Shown: piece by piece, positions 22,933 to 31,540 of the stretch
Layout of the letters: every line of letters starts with the position of its first letter
Position numbering within the stretch: position 1 is the first letter of the stretch
Source: Candidatus Thorarchaeota archaeon
GTDB taxonomy: Archaea; Asgardarchaeota; Heimdallarchaeia; Hodarchaeales; Hodarchaeaceae
Direction: 5' to 3'
Assembly (NCBI GenBank): GCA_048882505.1
Contig: JBHLRO010000014.1
Coordinates: forward strand, 30,001-62,000
DNA length: 32,000 bases
Program-made: the position numbers and the translations under genes
The notes under the pieces: model-generated
The model's database searches: none
Seen by the model: only the letters and a program-made list of their open reading frames with translations
Told to the model about the DNA's origin: nothing

Positions 22933-23613
22933 ATGATTACCGTACCCGCCCCTTTTAACAACTGGCTTTCAGAAAGATCGTGTATTTCTTGTGTTTTATC
23001 GCCTCTGTGTAATAGCTTTACCTACAAAGAAATCGCTATCATCCAATTGTTCCTGCGGAAGGCCAAGGAGGGGCGGCACTTCTTTCCCCTCACGGAATTC
23101 CATGAGGAATTTATTAACTACTATTATTATGATAGAGATGGATATTCCACTTTCTACAATGTCATCAATGATTTAGTAACGAGAAAGGCCATCCTGATAA
23201 AGGTAGACGCAGATAAAATCCAGGATTTCAAGATCTCTAATCCCCATGACGTTAAACTGAATAAAAAAGATATCCTATTCTTGCTGAACCCCGCTTATTC
23301 CTTACGATATGAAGACTTCTTTAGCGTTAATTCTACCTGTCCGATTGGCTTGAATCCTCTTTGTTATCGGATCCTCGATGTCTTAACCGACTCTAATGGT
23401 CTCACGTCCCATCAAATTCACCAAATCCTTAACACAGTCCCCACACATGAATACTCACTATTCGAGGAACAAAAATCCAAAACCATTCATATTCAAACTA
23501 TTCGGAAGCGTTTGAACGAACTTGGGGCTATTAACCTGATCATTATTCATCATACCCAACCTACCTTGTATTATCCAAATTATGCACATTATTTGGTAAA
23601 TAAACGGACATAA
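22933..23613 (+). CDS. Tandem winged helix-turn-helix protein, putative transcription regulator
   Basis: C-terminal TrmB/ArsR-like wHTH (LNPLCYRILDVLTDSNGLTSHQIHQILN...IQTIRKRLNELGAINLIIIHHTQPTLYYP) and an N-terminal wHTH-like unit (YKEIAIIQLFL...FPLTEFHEEF...YSTFYNVINDLVTRKAI). No TM or signal peptide. ATG 22933 is preferred over TTG 22921. Confidence 0.7.
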   Translation: MITVPAPFNNWLSERSCISCVLSPLCNSFTYKEIAIIQLFLRKAKEGRHFFPLTEFHEEFINYYYYDRDGYSTFYNVINDLVTRKAILIKVDADKIQDFKISNPHDVKLNKKDILFLLNPAYSLRYEDFFSVNSTCPIGLNPLCYRILDVLTDSNGLTSHQIHQILNTVPTHEYSLFEEQKSKTIHIQTIRKRLNELGAINLIIIHHTQPTLYYPNYAHYLVNKRT

Positions 23614-23626
23614 AGGTGTCATAATC

Positions 23627-26600
23627 GTGTTTATTGCGAAAAATAAGTACCTACTAACAAATCTTATCATTTTTCTCCTTTTGATGGGCAGAGTTGCGGC
23701 CACAGTCCCATTTCTACAAGAGGACGGAGTCAGATCCCGTCCTCTCTCTCCCGAAGCTACAAATGGACTACAATCACTGGGTCCAAAAATTACATCGAGC
23801 GATAAGATCAACATCTCCCTCATAGACCCCCTCAATAATTCCATTGTTAAGGGGGGCACATCAATCATTATTGAGTTCTTAGACGAAAATGGATCGGTTG
23901 TGTCTCCCGTCACCGAACTGTATCGCTGGGATTACGGAGCCAACTTTGAATCCATCCTACGACCCTTACCCGTGTCTGAAGGCAGTCACACGCTAGAAGT
24001 GGAGGTAGAATCAGAATCGGGAATTTGGTCATCAAAAAAATTCGCCTTTAAGAGCGACAACACTCCTCCTCAAATTATTTTGACATCACCAGAGAATGAG
24101 ACATATGTGAATAATTCTGGAGATATTCGAACCTGGGATACCAATTATGTGGGCAGCCTACTTGCTGCAATAAATGTAGACAATATAGATTTCGATTCTC
24201 TCCCCGATATTCTTGTCGGGGGATCCAATGGGCGACTTTATGCGTTTAATGGACGATATGGGACCCCAATCTATTTGACCCCGCAATATGCGACGGCCCT
24301 CACAGAAATCACGGTCTATAATCAGTCTCAAGCACTTCTCGGTCTCGCCAATGGGGATCTGATCGGAGTAAACACGACAGATGGTAATACTGAATGGACA
24401 AATTCAACTGGTACATCCCCAGTGATCGAGATTAGAAACGATAATGACACAAAATCGTTAGTGGTGCTAAATGAAAAGCAGATACGGGTCTTCAATTACT
24501 CGGGAAATGTTGTCTGGGATGTAAATCAGAGTATCACGACCCAGAATACACGGCTGCATTTTACTGATTACCTGGGGGATAACCGATCCGAAATCATCCT
24601 CGTGAATGAAACGTGCTTTGTGAAAAGTTTCAATATCTCAGATGGGGTTCTCATCTTTAACTTTTCAACCTCACTAGCGAGCTACGAATATTCTTTAGTC
24701 GAAAACGATACGATTTACATATCCAGCTCTAATGGGTATGTGGAAAAGTACAATCTTACTGATGGTTCTCTCATCTGGACAAGAGAAGTGGCTGTGTCTC
24801 AAAATATCTATCAGATCACTAAATCCAACGATGCACTCTTCTGTTCGGCCTCAGGTGGAAGTATCACCAAATTGAATGCTACCGATGGTGCCATCCTATG
24901 GAGCCAACAGATATCCTCAAGCTACATTAAGTATTTCTTGATTGAGGATTTTAACCTGGATAATAATCTGGAACTCCTGTTTTTTGATGGGAATGGGGTC
25001 ATAACCAACATGGATGTTCAGACAGGGGACACTACATGGAATTATGGAACATCACTGCATTGTAATGGTATGATTTCATGGGAAGTCACTAACGACTCAA
25101 TCAATGAAGTGATAATCATTACCACCGAAGGTACTTTACTAGCTATAGACCCACGATCAAAAGTCCCTAACCTAGTTCCATCTTGGACAAATGTTACCAT
25201 TGGATTTCAAGATTCAGTTTCTAATGGTATAATATGGGAAAAATACTCTTGGGACGGGAACCCTAATCAGTCATATCCAGGTGTAATCCCTGCCACGAGT
25301 GGAATCCATACTTTGGATGTCTGGGCTAGTGACAATGCCAGTAATATTGCACATGCCCATTATGAGTTTTATGCGGCCATCAATATCCTGCTCAATGGTC
25401 CGCCAAATAATAGTCGCCAACAATCTGGGACATATATCAATCTTACTTTGTCAGAGGCCCCACTAGAAGCTCTCTATAAATGGGATGCTGGTGTTTACCA
25501 AAGCGCCTTAACTAATCTGCCAGTAAGCGAAGTTGTTCACCACCTCTACATCATCCTGAAGGATCAATCATTTAGTACTGTCAACTTCCATTACGTTTTC
25601 ACTACCGACGACACCCCAATTACCTCTATCACTTTGCTTTCTCCCACCAATGACACGATAGTGGAGGGAGGGGAGGCTTTACAGATATCCTTTAGCGAAA
25701 TCCCATTCATTGAACTATATAACTGGGATGGCGGAAGCAACATCACGACAGTGGATAACATCCCCGTCTCAAGTGATACTCATGTCTTAGATGTGTATGC
25801 AGCAGATGAGGCCCTTAACTGGAAATCCATACGATTCGTTTTTTATACGAAAATACAGATAGATTTAGATTCACATACCAATGATACGGTCATAGATCCT
25901 ACCGATGTTCTTTGCTTCTCGTTCGGTGAACCCCCTGATACCTACGTTATCCAGATTGATAATTCATCTCCCATCATATATACAGATCAGAACCAGACTC
26001 TTAATATGTCCTTACACACCGCAAGTAAGACCTATAGACTAACCATTAGTGTTAACGATTCGGTTAATGGGCGGTGGAATAATGAAACCTATTTATTCGT
26101 GGTTAGAATCTTCGTCAACATTACATCACATGCTGATGGTGGATTTGCGGAAACAGGTGATCCATTAACGATTTACTTCTCGGATCCACCGATCACAAGA
26201 TTGTTTTCGTGGGATGGGAATAAGAACAGTAGCAGGATGCCAGTTGTCCCGGCACCAGACGGAGCTCATTACCTTGACATATATGTAGGAAACATCGAGG
26301 GCCAATTCTGGCACTATCATTATGATTTTAACGTGGATACCGATCTGATAGATATTCTCTTGATTAACCCAGTTAATAATACCAAAATCAATTCTTGGGA
26401 AAATGTAACTTTTGATTTTAGTGAACCGCCATTCATAGTCAGCTACCAGTGGGACAATGCCTCTGCGAGTACAAACTTAACCGACATTCCCTCCATTGAT
26501 GGAATTCATATACTGAATGTCACCGTTGAAGATGAAGCAGGGAATACAAACAGTAGATTGTTCAGTTGGATTGTTGATGATACACCGATTGATGTCCAGG

Positions 26601-27448
26601 TCTTTCTTAAAAACAACGATTCGGTCATCCTCACAGGGGAATATCTGAACCTCACCTTTGATGAAGCCCCTGTCGTTGAATGGTATCGATGGGACAACAA
26701 TGGAGGTTTTTCCCCGACTCTACCACCCAATCCTCATACCAATGGTACCCACTCGCTAAATGTGACCGTATATGATGGTCTGAATTGGAATATAGAAATT
26801 TTCAACTTTACAGTTCAGGATCTTCCCCCTATCATTGAAATTGACGATCCAACTAAACCTTACATGTCGGGGATCATACTTTCTATTGAGGTCAACGAAG
26901 ACCTAAGTTCATCGTGGCATAAATGGGATGATGAGGATTCCAAAGAAGGACTGGTCGTCTTCACTCCTGAAGGAAACGACGGGTATCACACCCTGCAAAT
27001 ATTCGCGGTAGATATGGGAGGCTCAACCACCACAATAACTCTGGACATCCTTCTGGACAATACCCCGATCTCTATTACGGAACTATCGCCTGGGAACAAT
27101 AGTCAAGTGAGGGCTGGTACGAATGTCACGATCGTGTATAGTGAAGAACCTTACAATGTATCTTATTCATGGGATGGTAATCTCGCAGCAGGCAGCCTAT
27201 CTCCCATTCCAACAAATACGGGGGAGCATAAGCTGAATATCCGAGCTTACGATGAAGCGGGCAATGTATTGAATGTAGACGTTTACTATGTAATACCCAC
27301 ACCCATAGAAGATTTGTCTCCATATTTAGGAATAATAGGGATCGTTAGCACAGTAGGAGGGGTGCTAATATATGTCAAACGGGAAACAGTACGTAGTGCT
27401 TTGGGTAAAATAAAAGATGTCTTCAAACCCCCCAGACAAGTCAGTTAG
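23627..27448 (+). CDS. Cell-surface glycoprotein: ~10 Ig-like repeats plus PQQ/FG-GAP-like beta-propeller, C-terminal TM anchor
   Basis: GTG start and signal peptide. ~80-aa repeats I.L.SP.N.T...G..I...FSE.P...Y.WD....P...G.H.L.V.A.D.AGN. Propeller blades (DFDSLPDILVGGSNGRLYAFNG, NATDGAILWSQ, DFNLDNNLELL). TM YLGIIGIVSTVGGVLIYV followed by KR. Many NxS/T sequons. Confidence 0.9.
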   Translation: MFIAKNKYLLTNLIIFLLLMGRVAATVPFLQEDGVRSRPLSPEATNGLQSLGPKITSSDKINISLIDPLNNSIVKGGTSIIIEFLDENGSVVSPVTELYRWDYGANFESILRPLPVSEGSHTLEVEVESESGIWSSKKFAFKSDNTPPQIILTSPENETYVNNSGDIRTWDTNYVGSLLAAINVDNIDFDSLPDILVGGSNGRLYAFNGRYGTPIYLTPQYATALTEITVYNQSQALLGLANGDLIGVNTTDGNTEWTNSTGTSPVIEIRNDNDTKSLVVLNEKQIRVFNYSGNVVWDVNQSITTQNTRLHFTDYLGDNRSEIILVNETCFVKSFNISDGVLIFNFSTSLASYEYSLVENDTIYISSSNGYVEKYNLTDGSLIWTREVAVSQNIYQITKSNDALFCSASGGSITKLNATDGAILWSQQISSSYIKYFLIEDFNLDNNLELLFFDGNGVITNMDVQTGDTTWNYGTSLHCNGMISWEVTNDSINEVIIITTEGTLLAIDPRSKVPNLVPSWTNVTIGFQDSVSNGIIWEKYSWDGNPNQSYPGVIPATSGIHTLDVWASDNASNIAHAHYEFYAAINILLNGPPNNSRQQSGTYINLTLSEAPLEALYKWDAGVYQSALTNLPVSEVVHHLYIILKDQSFSTVNFHYVFTTDDTPITSITLLSPTNDTIVEGGEALQISFSEIPFIELYNWDGGSNITTVDNIPVSSDTHVLDVYAADEALNWKSIRFVFYTKIQIDLDSHTNDTVIDPTDVLCFSFGEPPDTYVIQIDNSSPIIYTDQNQTLNMSLHTASKTYRLTISVNDSVNGRWNNETYLFVVRIFVNITSHADGGFAETGDPLTIYFSDPPITRLFSWDGNKNSSRMPVVPAPDGAHYLDIYVGNIEGQFWHYHYDFNVDTDLIDILLINPVNNTKINSWENVTFDFSEPPFIVSYQWDNASASTNLTDIPSIDGIHILNVTVEDEAGNTNSRLFSWIVDDTPIDVQVFLKNNDSVILTGEYLNLTFDEAPVVEWYRWDNNGGFSPTLPPNPHTNGTHSLNVTVYDGLNWNIEIFNFTVQDLPPIIEIDDPTKPYMSGIILSIEVNEDLSSSWHKWDDEDSKEGLVVFTPEGNDGYHTLQIFAVDMGGSTTTITLDILLDNTPISITELSPGNNSQVRAGTNVTIVYSEEPYNVSYSWDGNLAAGSLSPIPTNTGEHKLNIRAYDEAGNVLNVDVYYVIPTPIEDLSPYLGIIGIVSTVGGVLIYVKRETVRSALGKIKDVFKPPRQVS

Positions 27449-28225
27449 ATGGTAGCAACATTGAAACAGTTCAATTACAAGGATTTAGGAGCTATTCTAA
27501 TTATCCTATTTACCATCTCAATAATTTGGTTGGTCTTTTTCTCCCCCAAAGATCAGGTCACCGATCCAGTGGCCATCCTCGAGTCGGCACCTTTTCTAGT
27601 TGGAGCTTTTTTATCGTCCCCGATGTTCTTCTTCCTGATACTTGGTGTTCTCATATATCTAGTTGGTAGTCCTTTGATGTTAGTTCTCTCGAAACCTATT
27701 TTGAATAAATGTGAGTATTGTACGAGTTTGAGGGGTGATGAGGAACCGTATTTAGTAAATGGGCATTGCGTTAATTGCAATCTTCTCATTTGTTCTGAAT
27801 GTTTTAGTCATACGAAGCGTAAGACAGGTTGTCCTAACTGTGGCGCTCAAAAGTATAAGTTTCGCAAAAGATTAGGTTATTTCCGTCTTCGGAAGAATGA
27901 ATGTGGATTTTGCACTCCGATAAGATCGGTCACATCTCCTCTTATCTCGAATGTTCAATGTAGAGGATGTCGGAGAATAATGTGCCACAAATGCTTCCGT
28001 TATGAAAAGAATGACAAAAAATATGGATGTCCGAAGTGTGGGAGTATCGAATTCACTTCAGGAGTGACGGTGGCGTACACCCGTTTACCCCGTTTAAAGA
28101 GAAGGATACATAAAACGCGAAAACGGGTAACCAAGAAATTAGTCCCCTTACAAAGCCAAATAACTAAAAAAAATAACCCCTCTACGGAAATGGTTGAAAA
28201 AGAGGCATACCCCTTCAAGAAGTGA
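27449..28225 (+). CDS. Membrane protein (2-3 N-terminal TM) with two tandem C8 zinc fingers (FYVE/PHD/RING-like) and basic tail
   Basis: CEYC-x15-CVNC-x4-CSEC-x9-CPNC (27710-27841) and CGFC-x15-CRGC-x4-CHKC-x11-CPKC (27902-28039); K/R-rich linker and tail. Start abuts the upstream stop (TAG ATG). Confidence 0.85.
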   Translation: MVATLKQFNYKDLGAILIILFTISIIWLVFFSPKDQVTDPVAILESAPFLVGAFLSSPMFFFLILGVLIYLVGSPLMLVLSKPILNKCEYCTSLRGDEEPYLVNGHCVNCNLLICSECFSHTKRKTGCPNCGAQKYKFRKRLGYFRLRKNECGFCTPIRSVTSPLISNVQCRGCRRIMCHKCFRYEKNDKKYGCPKCGSIEFTSGVTVAYTRLPRLKRRIHKTRKRVTKKLVPLQSQITKKNNPSTEMVEKEAYPFKK

Positions 28226-30966
28226 GTGATCAGGATTTGGTGACATCTTACATGCGGTCAGCTAAACTCTTCCTCCTTCTGATCTGTCTTTCCGCTGTAT
28301 GTACTCACCTTGCTCTCAGCAAGACCTCTAGGAGTGTTATGGGTTTCCATGTAGGAAAACAGAGTTTTGCTCCAAAACAGAGTTTTCGGGCCTCTATTAA
28401 TGGAAGGACGAAAATAAACCAAAATGGAACTCCCCAACAAGATCCCATTAATCTGAAATCATTTCCGCAATCTATCGACTATGATATCAACATAGCATTC
28501 CTTGGTATTTTCGCTGATGAAGTCAATCTGACCAAACTAAAAGAATTGTCACCTAAAACGTCCCAGATAAGTCGTTACGTCCCATTGTCGTATTTATTTG
28601 AGACCTACATCAATTACTCATTAAATTATAATTATTACTTCTTCGGGAGTAGTGTAGCTGGTGAATTTTCAAATGTCCTCTCTAGATATGGGAATTTCAG
28701 TTTTCCAGTAGATATGGCACTATACTGGTCTGGTAGGACCAGTGTAAGTCAATACTCTCGTTTGTCCATCAATGAACCAAAAAACTATTTGTCAACGCTT
28801 TTTGATCCTCAAACGCCCACTATTTTCATTGCGAATCTCTTCCACAACGACTCTACTTTTTATCAAAACCAGAATGCTGAACCACACACATATTTTCTGG
28901 AAAAAGTAGATATTGATACCCAACAGTTCTCAATGCTAAGACAAGATGGGAAATACGCGCCAGGGTTTGATTGGGCGGATCGAAGATGGATTTTCATCGA
29001 TATATCCAGTGGCCCTTCCCCCTATGAGACTTCAAGCGGTGATTTTACTAACTTCGTTGAATTCCGTGAAGGATCCCTTGATGCCTCTGGTGTGGCTACT
29101 GTTTGTGCTAAGATAATAGAGGCAGTAACGTTTTCGAGATTTGTCCCAACCTATCTATATGAACCCACTTGGGATGCAGAGGTTGAGGTAGCGCTTGGAC
29201 TCTTCCACGAATCGAGCTTTGACATTCAGAGTTACATAGACATTGTAGAAATACAAAATTCATTTACTGGACTGCTACCATACTCTACGATTGAGATAAC
29301 GACAAACGATCAAATTTTTCAAAATAATAGTGAATTAGATACTTGGTTACAGTACATTGATAGTTTCACGGATTATACGACGTGGGCATCGAAACTTGTA
29401 GAATTCATGACAAATAAAGAGGATGACCTGTTTGGTGCTGCTGATAAAAAGCGGGTGATGGTGGGGGTATTCGCATTAGATGTTATAGCTGGCCATGATG
29501 ATGCCTTGGGTTTCACCTATGCCCCATTAGGGAGCTCCCATTCATCGGGTAGTGTTGTCACGATCACTCCTACGACTATAACGACTAATGGTGAAGGATT
29601 AACACAAACCATCATCCACGAGATTGGTCATAGTCTCTCTCTCAGGCATCCACACGACTATAGATATGATGGTACTCTATACAAGTTTTGGACTGGGGAC
29701 GTGAGTGAAACCCCCCTCTCATATCTGCATAGTGTGTATGAGTGGGGAGAATTAGATAAGGATATGCTGCACAGGGGGCAATATCGTTACCTCTTCAACC
29801 AGACATCTTGGTTATTGGATGAAATCAAAGCAGAGTCGTTATCGAGAAATTTTCCTGAAAATAGATTCCCTAGGGATATCTATGGAGAACTGAGGAGTGG
29901 ATCCAGCTCTTTTAATCATTCAATAACCCTATTTACCAGTCACAATTACACGGCTGCTTTGCAGGAAATATATCCCGTCTTTCAAGTTATGCAAGACTCC
30001 CTCGCAAATGTTTCGGCCCTGTCAGATTATTTTGCACCAATCGTGAACGTCTACAATGCAAATAATTCGAAAGTTGAATACGGTGACACACTCACCATTA
30101 CAGGTAAGACGGTAACTTATGACATACCGACAGTTCAAATCCTCACGAGTTACAGGGACTATAATGCCAGTCTAGATGTTACTAATTATACGCTCTTCCT
30201 TTATGAAACTGAGTTTCTAATAAGCATACCAACCCTGATTTTTCCCCAAACAAGCAATTTAGATCTTTGGATATGGGTATATGACGGTATTGAATATTAT
30301 AAGTATAATCTTACATTCATTACTCACCTAGTCAGCATAAATATTATATCTCCGATGAACAACATGCTTTTAGATGCTTCTAATGCAGATTCCCTTAAGA
30401 TCTTTGGGGGGTATCAATCCATCTCAAATCGATCCCAACTCCAAATATTGTATGGTTCTTATTGGTATGTAAAAGACCGGGATTTTGAAAATTCAAGTTA
30501 TTGGGTTCCCGTGAATAAGTCTACTGCTTCCACTTGGGAATATACAGTAAATATTTCATCGTTCGTCAATGGTGACAATACCATTAAAGTTCGTATCTTT
30601 AATAACAGGTCAGTTCATACGGATTCTGTCAATCTAAGGATACAAGGGTTACCCCAAAACGAAACAGTACCTGTCGAACCAGATAAACCCCCTCCCATAA
30701 CCACTGATCCTCTTCAAGCCCAACCTCCGAGGTTAATTGATCAACTCCTAATATTTGGACTCATTGGAACCATAGGAATCGTCATCGTTCAGGGGGTAAG
30801 ACAATATTTTCGACAAAAAGGGGAAGAAAGAATTGTTGGGGAGGATATACCCCTTCCTGGACTCTCACGTGAGCTTGAAGAATTAAAACAGAAAATGGCC
30901 GAAAAGGAGAAAAAACGGGTTAAACCCCCCAAAAAGACCGAATTTGTACCAAAAAGAAGGAGATAA
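28222..30966 (+). CDS. Membrane-anchored secreted metzincin-like zinc protease
   Basis: GTG overlaps the upstream TGA (alternative ATG at 28252, MRSAKLFLLLICLSAVCTHLALS signal peptide). IIHEIGHSLSLRHPHD at 29617-29649, C-terminal Ig-like region, Pro-rich linker, TM LLIFGLIGTIGIVIV, charged cytoplasmic tail. Confidence 0.85.
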   Translation: MSDQDLVTSYMRSAKLFLLLICLSAVCTHLALSKTSRSVMGFHVGKQSFAPKQSFRASINGRTKINQNGTPQQDPINLKSFPQSIDYDINIAFLGIFADEVNLTKLKELSPKTSQISRYVPLSYLFETYINYSLNYNYYFFGSSVAGEFSNVLSRYGNFSFPVDMALYWSGRTSVSQYSRLSINEPKNYLSTLFDPQTPTIFIANLFHNDSTFYQNQNAEPHTYFLEKVDIDTQQFSMLRQDGKYAPGFDWADRRWIFIDISSGPSPYETSSGDFTNFVEFREGSLDASGVATVCAKIIEAVTFSRFVPTYLYEPTWDAEVEVALGLFHESSFDIQSYIDIVEIQNSFTGLLPYSTIEITTNDQIFQNNSELDTWLQYIDSFTDYTTWASKLVEFMTNKEDDLFGAADKKRVMVGVFALDVIAGHDDALGFTYAPLGSSHSSGSVVTITPTTITTNGEGLTQTIIHEIGHSLSLRHPHDYRYDGTLYKFWTGDVSETPLSYLHSVYEWGELDKDMLHRGQYRYLFNQTSWLLDEIKAESLSRNFPENRFPRDIYGELRSGSSSFNHSITLFTSHNYTAALQEIYPVFQVMQDSLANVSALSDYFAPIVNVYNANNSKVEYGDTLTITGKTVTYDIPTVQILTSYRDYNASLDVTNYTLFLYETEFLISIPTLIFPQTSNLDLWIWVYDGIEYYKYNLTFITHLVSINIISPMNNMLLDASNADSLKIFGGYQSISNRSQLQILYGSYWYVKDRDFENSSYWVPVNKSTASTWEYTVNISSFVNGDNTIKVRIFNNRSVHTDSVNLRIQGLPQNETVPVEPDKPPPITTDPLQAQPPRLIDQLLIFGLIGTIGIVIVQGVRQYFRQKGEERIVGEDIPLPGLSRELEELKQKMAEKEKKRVKPPKKTEFVPKRRR

Positions 30967-30971
30967 CCATT

Positions 30972-31523
30972 GTGCGAAGAAAAACTAGCATTCTAGTCTG
31001 TTTATTAAATTTAGTGTTGATAGCGAACGCTACGATTCAAGGTACCGTGTTTACCATCGATTCATACTCAATAAATCAAGTTTGGGAGATAATGCAGACA
31101 ACCGACGAATTTCTGATAATCGATGACAGGCCATATTCGGAATATGTCGAAGGGCATATCCCAACAGCTATCAGCATCGAGCTGAAGGAGACGGTCGATC
31201 CCACAGAAGTAGATACAATCAATGCTTACGGAAAGGAGTATAATATCCTTTATTGTGCCTGTCCAAATGGGGAGAATTCGGAGCATCATGCTGAAGAGCT
31301 CGTCAAGTTAGGCCTTGATTCTATCTCTTACATGCACGAGAGTTTTACTGATTGGGGATATCAAATCGTTACGGGTTCGGAACCAGGCGTATTGGTTTCC
31401 ACGACAATTCCCACCTCTACCCCCGATGGGGGATCGCCTCCACCACCGCTTTCGGATTTAATTTTAGTAAATCTGGTTTTGGTCATGGTCGCTGGACTCA
31501 TCATCTATTGGAAGAAGAAATGA
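30972..31523 (+). CDS. Secreted, C-terminally anchored rhodanese-domain protein
   Basis: Signal peptide; IIDDRPYSEYVEGHIPTAISI; active-site loop YCACPNGENS; YMHESFTDW; Thr/Pro linker; TM LILVNLVLVMVAGLIIYW followed by KKK. Confidence 0.85.
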   Translation: MRRKTSILVCLLNLVLIANATIQGTVFTIDSYSINQVWEIMQTTDEFLIIDDRPYSEYVEGHIPTAISIELKETVDPTEVDTINAYGKEYNILYCACPNGENSEHHAEELVKLGLDSISYMHESFTDWGYQIVTGSEPGVLVSTTIPTSTPDGGSPPPPLSDLILVNLVLVMVAGLIIYWKKK

Positions 31524-31540
31524 ATCAAAACGGATAAAAA

